From Vicugna vicugna (lineage: Eukaryota): 64,000 bases of DNA. The DNA is taken from assembly GCA_013265495.1 (NCBI GenBank), contig MU057560.1, positions 1,686,753 through 1,750,752 on the forward strand. Reading direction: 5' to 3'. Shown here in pieces: positions 39,476-52,833 of this stretch. Each line of letters begins with the position of its first letter. Position 1 is the stretch's first letter. Below the pieces are notes generated by a model, which saw only the letters and a program-made list of their open reading frames with translations, ran no database searches and was not told the origin of the DNA. A program made the position numbers and the translations under genes.

Positions 39476-40229
39476 GGCTATTTCATTTTTTAAATGAAGA
39501 ACTCTGAGTAGAGTGTAGTTTCTCTCAAGGTGTCAGACAGGGGAGCCTGGCTGGTTGCATCTAAGGAGGTGAGAAATCGAGAGAGGGGAGAGCCAGGCGT
39601 TTGGCTGGACCTGAAGGAACTCAGGTGGTGAGGGGCGTTCTCTGTGGCCCCCGATGTCTGTAGACTCACAGCCTGCGCTTGGCTGCTCTCCATTCACTTA
39701 ACCTGGCATTCAGTCACAAGTAACGGTCCTACTGAGCTCTGTAAAGTCAGTACTTCCTACACTCCTTAGTTCAGGCAAAGCTCCAGGAGAAAGTGTTCTG
39801 TGTGTTTAATGTTTTCAAATTCTGTTCAGTTAAATCGATTCACAAGGGCCTCTCACTCCCACGGCACTGCAGATCGCCTCGCATCTCGGATCCCCTCACC
39901 ACTGAGGGAGTCTGCCTGTCAACCTAACCAGCATTTCTTCAAGGAATAAAAACTGAATTTGGTCTACTGAGCGCCCACTCTGACCTCCTAGGGGTTAGGG
40001 TTACAGCATTGACACACAGGGCCACGCAGCCACCAGGCCACAAGCTACATAGTATAATACGTGCAGAATCGAGAAATGTTGAGAAAACAGCATTTTGAGG
40101 TACCTCCCAGCCTAAAGCAACAAACAGGACATAAACTCTGGTGTCCAGGCTGTAAGTGGGCTGACATCCCCTTGCACTGGCGGCTTAAGACCCAGAAAAA
40201 AATGGTTAAAGGTGAGAGGAGATCACACA

Positions 40230-40880
40230 TTTATAACTCCTCTTCTGATTACAAAAACAATGCATTTTTGTTGTAAGAAAAATAGAGGCAAGTAAAAAGA
40301 AAGGTAAAAAACACACCACCAGACACAGCCACTGTTGCCGTCCAGTATTCATCCAGGTTGTTACGGCACATATTCCTACAAGAACAGGAATGTAGCACAC
40401 CTGATATTTTACGACCCAGATTGCCTCTTTTATTTAACGTCCAATTTCATGAGCAACTTCCTACGGCAATAAATGTTCATCTATAAGATTTTAAACGGCT
40501 GGATAGTGTTTCAGTGTAGGGGTGGACCATATTTATTTAATCAATTTCATATCATTAGTCACTTAGAAAACCTCTAATTTCAAATATAATAAACCGTTTA
40601 TTTGGTAAAATTCTTTGCTTTAAGTCTCGGTTACTTCCTCAAGATGGTGCCGAGTCACGGACTCTGCACATACACGGCCAGCACGTCTGACAGCCAGACG
40701 GTCCTCCAAGAACCTGCGCCCCCACCCTGGCTAACAGGGGTGTTCACGCTCCTGGGCTGGAGGTGACTGCTTCGTACCTACCAATGTTATAAGTAGAAGC
40801 TGCTGACAGCACTGGCTTCATTTTCGTTTGTTTACTGAGCAGCGAAGTTGAACCGTCTTTCCCCGTCTCCGCTGGCTGTG
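40230..40880 (-). mobile_element. Old L1ME-like 3' fragment
   Basis: ttctgattacaaaaacaatgcatt..cagacacagccactgttg..ttttaaacggctggatagtgtttcagtgtagg..atttatttaatcaatt. Confidence 0.6.
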
Positions 40881-41052
40881 GGAGTGTATCAGGGCACAGC
40901 GTTTCTCAGAGAGCAGGTCCACGTCACAAAGCAGGAAGGCTGCCTCTGGTGCCCACACCTTGTATGAGTCCAGAATCATTAAAAAGTAAGAACCACGAAA
41001 CGTACCGGACCTTCTGGGAATTCAGTTGGTTCTCGTAAGCACAGACACATTA

Positions 41053-42235
41053 GAGTTTGATGGGGTCCCACTTGTCTGTTCTCACTTATATTGCTTGTGC
41101 TGTTGGTGTCTTATCCATCAGAGTAAAAGGCTTCTTTAGGGATTTGGGATTGACAGATACACACTACTACGTATAGAAAATAGGTAAACAACAAGGACTA
41201 CTGTATAGCACCAGGAACCATATTCAAGTTCTGTAATGAACTGTAATGGAAAAGAATCTTAAAATACATATATGCAAAGGAGACATTCAACAGAGCAAAA
41301 AGGCAACCTGTGGAATGAGAGAAATACTTGCAAACCACATATATGTGTCTGATAATGAGTTAACTTCCAAAGTATATAAGGAACTCCTACAATTCATTAG
41401 GAAAAAAAAAAACCTAATAACCTGATTTTTAAAATGGGCTGAAGACTTGAATAGACTTTTCCTCAAAGAAGACACACAGATGACCAACAGATACAAGAAA
41501 GATGCTCAGTATCACTAATCATAAGGGAAATGTAAATCGACACTACAATGAGATCCCCTCATACCTGTTAGAATGGTGGTCATTGCGGGGGGCAGCAGGT
41601 GTGGGTGAGGATGTGGAGAAACTGGAACTCTTGTTCGCTGTTGGCAAGAATGCAAAATGGTGCAGCCACTATGGAAAACAGTACTGAGGGTCCTTGAAAA
41701 ACTGAAAATAGAGCTACCATGTGATCCAGCAGTCCCACTCTAGGGTATTTATCCAAAAGAATCGAAATTAGGATCTTGAAGAAATACAAGCACTCCTGTG
41801 TTCACTGCAGTGCGACTCACAACAGCCAGGATGTGGAAACAAACTAACGGACAGGCGGACACAGGATGAGAAAACGTAGTACATACACAGGGTGGAATGT
41901 TGAAAAAGAAGGGAATCTGACAATCCGTGACCAAATGGATGAGTCTTGGGGACATTATGCTGAGTGGAATAAGCCCTCACAGAAGGACAAACACTGCCTG
42001 TGAGTTACTAGACTTGTCGCACTCAGGAGCACAGAGCAAAACGGTGGTGCGGGGGGAGAAAGATGTGGGACGTCGTTCACAGGTACAGAGTCTCACTCAC
42101 GCAAGGCGAATCAGTTCTGGAGACCTGCTGTACGACGTGGTGCCCATAGTTAACAACACTGTTTTCTGCAACTAAAAATCACACGAAGTGTTCTTACCAC
42201 AATAAAATACAATTTTTAAAAATAACAAAAGAAAA
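41053..42235 (+). mobile_element. L1MA-like LINE 3' part with an inverted 5' piece and an embedded L1 3'-UTR fragment
   Basis: Plus-strand L1 from ~41274 (gcaaaggagacattcaacagag..tgtgatccagcagtcccactctagggtatttatccaaa..ttcttaccacaataaaa); minus piece 41053-41116; second L1 3' fragment ~41135-41273. Confidence 0.8.
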
Positions 42236-42339
42236 GAGGTTACCTATTTTGTTAAATATATATGGATATTTGAAAGACTGAAAAGCATCCTTAACCAGCT
42301 CTGAGGTGAGACCCGTTTAATAAGACTTTATCACTTGAG

Positions 42340-42944
42340 TGTCAGAGCAGGCAGGTAGCTAGGTATGAGCAGAGAAACAGGCCACAGGCCAAATGGAAGG
42401 AGGCCATGCATCTTGCATCTTGTGAGCAACGCAGATCCCTGGGCAGACAGAGAAAAGCAGGAACCTCTGGGCTGATAGGAAATCACACATTTTGGGGTGA
42501 CAAGAGTCCTGGAGGCCGACAAAGAAAGGTGGGAAAAGGCAGGAATCTCCAGGGTCTGAATATAACCTTTTGCTCATTACACCCTCATTACAATAAATTA
42601 GCCTTGCAGATTAGAAGTTCCCATCATGCACCAAGGTCATGACACTTCTGATTCAGACTAAATAAGGACAAAAATCCCTCCTCCCCTCAGGAAGGAGGAG
42701 CTGGGATGGAAATCAGGGATTATGATCCCAAACTGCTCCCCTCCAATGAATATCCTGCCCATTCATTGTCACACCCTGTGTAACCAGCCTGCCAAAGAAC
42801 TCAGGGCAGCTGCTCACCTGAGACTGCCCGCTCTCCCCCGAGAGCATCCTATCATTTAACAAATCCTCACTTTGTTTTCTTGCCCTCCATGTCTCCCCTC
42901 TGAATTCTTTCTGCAATGAGACAAGAACTTAATCGCCAGCAACA
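42340..42944 (+). mobile_element. ERV1-class solo LTR (MER41-like 3' end), copy 1
   Basis: TG...CA termini; reverse-complement homologous over its whole length to 59231-59830; 3' tgaattctttctgcaatgagacaagaac; TSD not perfectly preserved. Confidence 0.85.
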
Positions 42945-45094
42945 CTGAACAGCACACCCTCCAGAAGTTGCTATATTAAAGCCTCAGCCCCAGCGTCCCT
43001 GGTTCCTGCATGGGGACAGCCGTAGGAGACAGAGACACACTACAGCGCAGCGCCTTCCTGAAGGTATGAACGTGCTGCGTGAGAGGACACCGAGGGCTGG
43101 GAAGCACCTGCATCTTAGCTCTGGGCCTGAAGGGGCAGGATCTGGCCGTGAACCAGGTTTCCTAGCTCCTTGTTAATCTCCCTCCTGACTCGGCCCGTCT
43201 GCACGCTGGCTGACGCTTGCTTGGTCATTGCTTTCTTCCTGTGTGTCTGACGGCTTCAGATGGAAGATCGGAAAATCAGGTCCACCGACACCAATACAAA
43301 TGCAACCTCAGGATCGATGAAAAAGGTGTCATATATCCAACATTGGTATTTTCCCTATTTGACTGAATCACCTGTCACTTCACCCAGCAGATGTCATTAT
43401 TTTAATAAACTGAGATTTATGGTATTCATAATCTTTTTATGGAATTCACAGAAAATTATTGAAAAGTAACCCAGCATAGCTCATCCTTTTCTTTAAAATA
43501 TAAATATTCAATGTTTATATCCTTCAAACGAAGGGGAACGCCCTCAGAGCTTACAATGAATGTTGCTACTTCCCACGTCGTGTTATGTATACATGGGCTG
43601 AGGAACTGAGAGACTCCTCTACAATAAAGACCGTGGCAGACTGCAGAGACTGAGTCACGAGTTTCCGTAAACATCGCTTCAAATATTTGCATGTTTAACC
43701 TGTTCAGAAGTTTCTGACGTGTTTGCCTTTTATTCTTATGGAAAACTGATCTGGAAGCGTGGCAACAAGGCTGCACTTCTCCACTGAGATTATCTCAGGC
43801 TGAGGGGGAAGGACGGGGAGCTTAGAGGCAGGGAGGCCGGCAGTCGCCGCGGGGAACATTCTGGGCTGACGCCAGGCCCCTGACGCCAGCCTCCCTGCAG
43901 CCCCCGGATGCCCGAGTCAGATGCCTGGAGACTCGCGCTGGACCTCCACGCGACCCCCAGCCCCCGATCACCCACCCGGTTCACGCTGGCAGTGAAATCA
44001 CCCTGGACCTGGTCCTCCCTCCAGCCTCACTGCCGGCCCGGCCAGTAGCATCTCCCCCCATCGTGCAGTGGCCTGCTGGGTCTCTTGCTTTCACTCCTCC
44101 CGGGTTGGTCCAGCCGCCCACACAGACCCAGGTCTCTAGAGTCAAGTTTACGGATAAATGTGGTCATGCTGCGTCCCGCCTGGAAGACACTCAGTGACGC
44201 TCTGCGGTCCCACCCAGCCAGACCCACGCTCTGCAGGCCCCCCGATCCTCTGTCGGCCGGCCCCAGCCCCGCCTGCTTAGCTCCAGCTTCCCACCCCGCT
44301 AGCACCACAACAGAGGCCCCTTGTAGGCAGGCTTACTCTTTCTTTAACAGGCTCATATTTGGTAACTTTTTAAGTAATTTGAATTTTCCACAAAGAGTTA
44401 CACAACGGGAATGCCTTTCCCTATTCAAAGGATTACACTGACTGAACTCCGCAGGCACAGGGGACAGACGTAGGACACAGAGGTTTCACTTGCACGGTCA
44501 GAGACGGTCACCTACACACATGGATTCAGGGGCCGGTGACTTATTAAAATCTCATGAAAGTTTAACACGTTTTCATATTATGTGATAACTGGGTCATTAA
44601 CAGATGAACATACGTTTTAATGCTGAGCTGCCACCTGGTCTGCACAACTTACTTTGGACAGAAACCCACTTTCTACCCAATAGGGCTCCTTTCGTTCTCC
44701 TCCAGGGTGGGGAACCGTCCCAGATACGCTGGATCTTTGGACACCTGGGAAGTAAGATTGCTGTGTTTTCCTTTAAAAATTCCAATGCGCATTCTTTATT
44801 CAGTCAGCGCAGAGCTTCATTTGTTCCCTTTTCCTGTAGCAATCCCGGAGTAATAATTAAAATGCTTCGTACAGTGGAAAGGAGAGGCCCTCGGCGTGGT
44901 GAGACGTAATCCGTTGTTGATAAATGGTTCCGCCAGACTCTCCATGCGGGTGGAGAGCCAACACATAAAACTGAATGATGATTGTTTTATTAAAAACAAG
45001 AATCACTTCGATGGAAGACGGAAGCCACACCCGCAGATTTAGACCACGAATCTGAAGTTCTCACGTGAGGAGTGACCCAGTAACTGCCCAGAAG

Positions 45095-45109
45095 CCACCA
45101 GGGGGCAGC
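45095..45109 (+). promoter_or_regulatory. CTCF core motif CCACCAGGGGGCAGC
   Basis: Full match to CCASYAGRKGGCRS; weaker minus-strand motif at 44627-44641. Confidence 0.65.
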
Positions 45110-46404
45110 TGCACTCTGAGGGCCGGGCTGCCGTCCGGGGGTCACACGGCCCCCGCGGAGGCTGCTTGTTTCCCAGGTCTGAATGGACGTCTCAGTGGGT
45201 GTTCAGTGGTCAGCGCGCTGCCTGGAACCATTCACTAAACATTAGCAACTGTATGCCCAGTGTCTCTGCCTATTTCATGTGGAAGGAAAATACACTTTCA
45301 CAAATCACAGAGCCTCCGGCTGCTCAGTCTGCGAGTTGGCCAGGGGGACTGAGGGCCGTTCTCTTCTCTCGAATATGTGAGCTATGACCTCGTTTTTTCC
45401 ACAGCTATTTCTGTGTGAAGCGACTTTTGGCCTGAAAGGACTTAAATAATCATTTCATCTGCCATATGTAGATAAAGATGTTGGATCCACCCAAAATTTT
45501 TAATCCTGTGATTGTTTCCAGACACACTTTGAGTGACATTTATTATTCCACAGAATAAGCAAAGCAGACCCCATTTAGGGCCAGAGATGCCTCCTGAGAG
45601 GTTTCTGATGCTGTCAGAGCCGCAGCCTCTGAGCCACCCCGTGTGGATTTATAGTTATAAATGGACCCTGGGGAGTGGGGCAGCCAGTTGGTGCTGAGGA
45701 AGCTACATAGACTTGACAGAGCAATTTTAAAATATGAATTAATTCCTATGAGAAGCAGCTTGGATGTGGGGAAAATAATAGGCATTATTTTTGTTAGGGA
45801 AAAAAAGAGAGCTGTCAGGGTTAAACAAAAAGGAGGCATTTTCTCCTGTGCTTCCTGAGTTCCTGAATACAGTGACCAGCGACAACCCTCGTGCAACGCC
45901 CACGTGTGCCCATTTCCCTGGTGTGCATGAAGCGCCACCACAGGTAAAGTCAGTGCACAGCCCTGGTGACACCTGGTCCCTAAAACCCTCCTGGAAGTGA
46001 GCATGGCTTGAAGGCACCGAAGGTCCCGCAGCAGGAAAGCATGAAGCCAGGACTGGAACCCTGAATGCTGGGTCCTGGGTCCTTGCTCCTCTGTCACCCG
46101 CCTCACCAAATAGAGACAGTCAGCAAAAACATGTGCAAATCTTTCCACTAAATTAAATTATACTTTTATACTGATTATTTATATCAAAGACAATTTATCT
46201 GAGTCTGTGGTTGATCTGCAATCAGCACCGAGGCCGCTGTTTCAGCCGGCACCCCTTCTGTCTCCCAGCCCTGTCTGTAAGCACTCGGGGTCTGTGAGTA
46301 AAGGGAACAACAAAAAGACAGAGTTTAAAGAACCATCTCAGGTCCAGCTTGTCTCTTTCATTCATCTTTATCAGGGTTTCTTAAATAAGAACATACCTGT
46401 AATT

Positions 46405-46762
46405 AATATGATCGATAAGATAATTATAATGTGCAGCAATTAATAACAATTAACTAAATACAATTAATTAAGTATAATTAATTACATGTTAATATGACAT
46501 ACATTAACACAGTCGACATTAGGCTGTATAATATTGTATATTAAAGGCATGTATAGTACCAAGACATATAACACACTGTATATTCATACACAATTATTAA
46601 TTATATAATACATACGGGCTATTAATGCCTTATGCAACGTGAATACAGAGCTTGTAGTAGCATACTATCAATATTATATTAAATAACGGAAAGTTACAAT
46701 GATAAATTAGGGCTGTAAATAAATATTAATATGTATTTAATATTTAATTTATTTAATAATAA
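46405..46762. repeat. AT-rich low-complexity tract
   Basis: Very A/T-rich with TAAT/ATTA runs and short inverted repeats. Confidence 0.8.
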
Positions 46763-46859
46763 CATGGACAACCATTAGTGCGGCGCTTTCTCTGAAAAGT
46801 CAGGTGGCACGTCCCCATTTATTTCACACAGTCTCTCGGCATCCTTGCGCATTACTGGC

Positions 46860-47240
46860 CGGGGATGGGAACAGCTACGGGGGTGAAACTGAAGCGCAAA
46901 CGTTTCTCTAACACCGAGGCAGAGAGTTCCGCGCGGGGAGCCCGGGGCGGGGCTGGCGGACAAAGCCGACCGCGCACCCGGCCGCGCGGAGCAGGACAAC
47001 CCGTGCGCATGCGCGGAGCGGCCCGGCCGCCTGCCGGGAGCGGGGGAGCCCGCCGTCCGCCCCGAGCCCCGATTGCTAGGCCTCTCCAGCCCCGAATGCC
47101 CTGCTTGTTACAGTCCACCGGAGCGTCTCGTTAGCGCCCTCTCCCCGCCCCGCCACGCGCACGTCAGCCTGAATAGCTTTCGGTCTGCTTTCCCAGTGCC
47201 AGTGCCCGCAGCGGCTGCCTCCACGCTTCCTGCGGACGAG
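46860..47240. promoter_or_regulatory. CpG island / promoter-like element
   Basis: Dense CpG in unique sequence; NRF1 consensus TGCGCATGCGCG at 47004-47015; GC boxes at 46944-46953 and 47143-47151. Confidence 0.7.
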
Positions 47241-48229
47241 GAAAGCTTGCACAGGAGCCATTTTTCCCTCCGGCTGGTTAAAATCTGCTGAAATAGTGCA
47301 GATCAGCTGTCAACGATGTCTTTAAACAGCAGCATTCAACGACGCCAAAACAAATCAATAAAACCACGGAAAACAGGACTTTACTGGCAGGCTCACGTCG
47401 AACCTGCTAGAAGGAAAGACTCACTTCTCATCGTGAACAGCTGGAACGCTTCAGAAAGGGGAGTACTCACTTTCGTGCGGCTCCTGGCGTCACTGAGACA
47501 CTAGGTGCCGGGGTTCGGGGGGAAGCAGAATAAAGGACGTGCTTGTGGTGTCAAAGTATGTGCGTGTGTGGGCATGTCTGATCCCACAGTGACACCTATG
47601 GCCAACACACTTGTTTAGAATCAAGTTTTATAATTTCAGATTGATGGGTTTAGCTAATCAGAAGAAAAAAATCTATATGTAGAAACTAAGAAGAGCAGAA
47701 AACCCAAATAGTTTAAACATAGAAACAGATTTTCAGATGAATCGACACTCCAGGTGATAATGAGATGTGTATCCTTAGAAATATACATAGGAGTATGTTT
47801 TTTAAATAGATATCAAATGAGTTCACATGAATTCAGGTGTATATATTTATGTATGTACACAACGTACAGTTACAAAATCAGCTCCCAGAGCTTATGTTTG
47901 AGCCATTCCCTATTAAACACGTCCAAAAGCCCTTTTAGACATCTCTTACCTGAATATCTGTTTTAGCTTCTTAAAAATCCTTAAAAGGTATTTATTAATA
48001 AAAATCAACAAATGTTTCCTTAATTTTCTCACCCTCTTGGGAGATTAGGGACGAGTATTAACGTGCTGCAGCTCTGATGAATGGCCAAGGACCACAGCCC
48101 ACGTCTTGGAATCACAGGGACCTGGAGTCGATGGCAACCTGTCTTCGCCAGTTACGTCTTCTGTGGGTTTAGACACATAAGACCACTTTCCTGAACCCCG
48201 ATTTTTCCACCAGGAACCCTGCGAGCATA

Positions 48230-48419
48230 ACCTGTCTGTCTCCAAAGTTCACCGTTTTTTAAGGACACCAATCATATTGGATTAGGATCAACTTTAATGA
48301 TCTCATTTTGACTTGATTTTTCTGTAAAGACCTTATCTCTAAAGAGAATCACATTCTGAGGTCCTGACGGTTAGGGCTCCAACATGTGGATTTGGGGGGA
48401 CACAGCACAACCCATAACA
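48230..48419 (-). mobile_element. MaLR LTR fragment (MLT1B/C-like), followed by an old L1M 3' end (+) to ~48660
   Basis: aaggacaccaatcatattggattagg..ctgtaaagaccttatctctaaa..cacattctgaggtcct..gggggacacagcacaacccataaca. Confidence 0.85.
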
Positions 48420-49987
48420 TATGCATACATGATAAAATTATTTAAAAAAAATAGTGACTGGATGACGAACACACAGTTAAGAGGTGGCTCCTGGGTCAGT
48501 AGGAGAATGGGACAGGGTAGAGGACAGAGAACAAGGCAACCCCTGGACCTCGGACAAGGTGATGGGTTCACAGGCACTCATCACAGTGCAGTGTCTTGTA
48601 ACTTACACATGACAGGTTTATTTGTTTGTGTACACACACCAAGTATATATTTTAAAAGATGACAAAGAGAGTGATTTGCACTCTTTCAGAAAACAAGGGA
48701 ATTAGAGTCCTGCCAGCATGAGCAGAACCGCCCTCCAGTCCAAGCCCTGCAGGACAGGCACCAGCCCTTTATAAAAGCTGACAACTCAAGGCCAGCAGCC
48801 TTAGCGTCTCCTCTGTGCAACACCTCCCTTCCTCTAACTGTCTCTTCATAACTGCGGTGGTCTCCACTCCCCTAAGGCGCATACCCCGTCCCTGACGTAA
48901 AGGTCCTCAAGGGCACCGCCCACCGTGCTTCTCCAGCAGTTTCCTCCTGAAAAGGAAGCAGATACCAGCGGTGGAACCTGCTTTCTTGACCAAAAGTCTC
49001 GGGACTGCTACTAACACTCAGCTTCCCTGTCCGTCACCATAGGAAACCCCGGGAGTCCGGAGGGCGCGGCTCCCCTCCGTGAAGCCTTGAATCCAGACTG
49101 GAGACCCTGCAGGACCAGTGAAATCTCCCCAACCTAAGACCCTCTCCAGATTGCCGTCTACTTCTCTGGGCCAACACACAGAAAGGTAAAATAATTGTTT
49201 AAATTACACTGAGCCTCTATGGCAAATATTTTACCCATACTTTAAAATTTTTATAGTCAAGATCTAACCATATAACAAGTATTTTTCCCCAAAAATGGCA
49301 AAGATGTGACGTAAGTGTCTTAAGAGCAGAAATCTCCTGTTTCATCTTACTCGTTGGACGCCGCATTCTTTCAGTCAATAATAATCACTGAAGAAGAATA
49401 TGCTTATATAGTCCCCAAGCTTTTGAGGAAATGAATCTGCCCCTCTGCCTAAGAGCGGTTTTATTGTATTGCTTAAAATAGGGAACCTCAGCGCAGAACG
49501 ACAGGGTTAAAAGCAAGCCAAGTCACTTGCCTTGAGGACGCCAGCTATCAGAGGCCACACGCACAGCGTGAGGCGGAGTAACCAGCAAGGCAACGCGCCC
49601 CCGGCCTTCACAGAAGAGGAGGAGGTGAGCAGGCGTCCGCCCGGGGAGCGCAGCCGGCCCCGAGAGGCCCCTCATCAGCCCGTCCGTGGCCGTGGCTGCT
49701 GCCCACAGCGTGGCGACAGAGAGCGCGCGATGCTGTGTGACGTTCGTACCATTTCTGTGAATACTCCAAAACGTTTCAAGAAGTCTTGTCATCCCACAAA
49801 TTTGGAACTGGGTCATTTGATCCTAATAAAAATGCTGGGAAATAAATTTTAGAATCTTCTTTACACATCGAGGAAACTCCAGGGTAAGAGAATTTTCCTT
49901 AGATCACAACAAATAAAGGACCAAACTCAGGTCCCCTGCACCTAAGGCATGGCTGTTTCCACCTGCAGCATGGCCTCCAGTCAGGTG

Positions 49988-50048
49988 GATAGGGAGGGAG
50001 ATGGATGGATGGATGGATAGATGGACAGACGGACGGACAGACGGACAG
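49988..50048. repeat. (GGAT)n/(GGAC)n microsatellite
   Basis: gatggatggatggatggatagatggacagacggacggacagacggacag. Confidence 0.85.
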
Positions 50049-50071
50049 CACAGGCAGTTGACAGGTAGCCC

Positions 50072-50420
50072 GTGCTATAGTTTGTCTGTGGGTGCTGGCT
50101 TCTACTTCCGTCCCATTCTGTGCTCCCTGCCCTCAGGTCATAGAGCCTAGAAGGCTAAAAGCAGCGTTTCCCAGACTTCTTGCAGCTGAATTTTAGATGT
50201 GGTTTAGTTTCTGCCAGTGAAATGCACACAGGCAAGACGCTTGAAATGGAAGGGGGCAGAGAGCACCTTTCCCGTGGTGGTGATGTGAGTACTGAGTTGG
50301 GCAGCTCTGGGCCCTGTGTTTTGCTCTTTGGTCATCGGTTTCTCAGGCAGGTGCTGTGGTGGCCGCAGCTTCCTGACCGTGGCCACTGCTGTGCAGGGGG
50401 GACCAGGAAGGCCGGCTGAC
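50072..50420 (+). mobile_element. ERVL LTR33-like remnant
   Basis: cgtttcccagacttcttgcagctg..gatgtggtttagtttctgccagtgaaatgcac. Confidence 0.6.
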
Positions 50421-52292
50421 TGCACAGGCTCAGCTCACTGAACTTAAATGTGTCTCAGTAGTGTTTCAAAGGCGGGAAATCCCGGAAGGGAACGGACGGG
50501 GTAAGAGGGTTGGATTAGACACCACTCGTGGTAGACAGAAGTTCGAGAGGATCAAGGGTTGCCAGAAGAGACAGCAGTGCCCCGAGCACTGAGTTAGTGA
50601 CCGTGTTGAGTCAGCTTGCCCGCCACCTAATCCTGGGAAACGCGGGCCTGAAGGAGCTGGAGTGACGTGATCTGAGCTGGGAGGGTGTGCTTGCATGTCA
50701 TGGTTTTGTACAGTTTAGCTATTTGTCAAATCAGAGTTCGTTTTTTCCAGTTGTGGTTTCTGTGTTATTTTTGTGACTCTGGGGTTGCAGCTCTGGTAAG
50801 TTTGATCCTGAAGCTAAATGCCCAGCCCCCGACTTCCTCTCCTCTCAGGCAGCTGCCCGACACCCTCCACACGGGGAAGGGGCAGGAGAGTGTGCGCGAC
50901 GGAACAGTTCCCGGAGAACAGTCCTGGTCGTCTGCCTGGTAGTTGCAGGGGTTACAAATTGCTTCCACAAGTGTCGTCTCGTTAGATCCTGGGAGACACA
51001 CCGCAAAGGAAATGCATTCCTCATCGGCAAACACAGCCACTGAATCTGAACTGTGAGTCTGTTTAGTCTCCAGCTCCATAAAAGCAGAAGGGAGGAGTGA
51101 GACTAGAACTTCCATCTTCTGACAGCCTTCCTGTTACACCTGCCTGTCGCTCAGTCCACTTAGCAACTTGCTTCGTTACAGGTTCCCGGGACGTGGCAAC
51201 CAGCTCAGGATGGAGACAGAGCATCAGGCAAACAGTAAGAGCTGGAGACCCGGAGCGCAGACGAGGCCACGAGAGAACCGGGAATTGAACAGCGGGGTGT
51301 TCGCTCAGCCCACATCCTGCCTGCTGCCTCCTCAAGGCCTAGAGCAGCTTTTACTGATGGGTGTGCAGATGTGCTTTTCAGAGTGAGAAACGCACACTTT
51401 AGTTTACTAGAGAATTAATATAGCCACATGGGTTGCTGATTTTCAGTTTCCAGGGAACCTCAGTATCAAACTCTACAGAACAAAATTTAATTTTCTTTGA
51501 TGATGCAAAAGACATTTCTTGGTCTTGGAGGCCCCTGGGTCATTGCTGTGAGCATCAGTTGTGACACCAGTGAGAGTCTATGGTTGTGCTGACTGATGTC
51601 AGGATCTCCGCCTCAGAGAGGTCGCCCAGCGCTGACAGAGTGGCGAGCTGCCCAGCTGAGCTGCTCACGACTCAGTGGCGCTCGGCCCAATATTAGCGCA
51701 CTGCCTTTGCCCCATCATGTGTTAAATGGCACCAGCTTTTCTTCAGCCCAGTCGGAGGGGCTCAGTGTCAGATCTGAGGCCATCATCTTTCTCTGCCATC
51801 TGACAGTCTCCCCCCAGGTTCTTCAGGGCACACACATGCCACTGTCCCTTGCTCTCTCCCAGAATTCTGCCAGCCCACCCTAAGCACTGTCTTTCATGAA
51901 ATGAAACCACTGGACTGTGGTGTGCCCTCCCCTGGAAGCTGTGACAGATGTGCTACTCTGGTTAATCAGAGCTGAGCTGGAGACTCACAGCAGAGGGGCC
52001 AGGACTGCTGTGGATCCTGAAGGCAGAGGGACATGTGTTGTGAGAATCTGCCCCACCCAGGCTGCTGGAAGTGTAGCAAGGATTTGGAATCCAGTTAATC
52101 AACATATGTGCTTAAAACGCGGTGTGTGTACTGCTGGGTCCCCATGTGTTTGGGAGTTAAGATGACACTGAACTGCTAAGTGTGGCAGTTTCATTTCAGG
52201 AGGCTGATCGAAGGGTGGCTGCACTGGCCGAGAGGGGTGTGTCCAGTTAAAACACAATAAGCAGAGACCACTGTCTTTCAGCTTCCACGGCA

Positions 52293-52440
52293 CCCTGGCT
52301 GCTGCAGTGTGGCCGGCAGGACAGCGGTGGCAGCATTGCATCCTAGAAAAGCCAGATCTTCCCCCACACCCACTGAAGCAGCCTGCGTTTTAACAAGATC
52401 TGGGTGATGTGTGCACACAGGAGCATTTAGGAAGCACCTG
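52293..52440. mobile_element. MER5A1-like hAT MITE
   Basis: cactgaagcagcctgcgttttaacaagatctgggtgatgtgtgcacac..ggaagcacctg. Confidence 0.6.
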
Positions 52441-52833
52441 CTCCAAGCTCCATGGCCCTGACTGCTCTGTCGTCTTCTGAAAGCCACCACACCATGGCCA
52501 CATGTCTGGGACACTCAGAGCCACAGAACCAAGGTTGAGGCCACGTGTGCCCTGACTGGTCCTTATTCTGGTCCAGGGTGCTCACTTCCCAGGTGAGGAA
52601 ACCAGGCCGAGTTGCTTGGTTGAGGTCCCAGAGTGGGGACCCGGGAGGTGGGGGCCTCACAGCCTGACTCTAGTTCACACAGGGCTCGCTCCGCTGTGGA
52701 CGAGTGCAGGAGGGTGTGAGGAGTTACCATCAGGAGGCAAGAAGGCAGCAGGAGTCTCAGACATTTCAGTGCAGCCTCCATGCTTCGTGACGAGGAGCAG
52801 AACCTCTGAACTGCAAGGAATCCCAGGACCTGA

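Noticed and set aside
46405..46762. Possible mitochondrial D-loop NUMT
   Set aside because: No recognisable conserved sequence blocks or flanking mt-tRNA; fits degenerate AT low complexity
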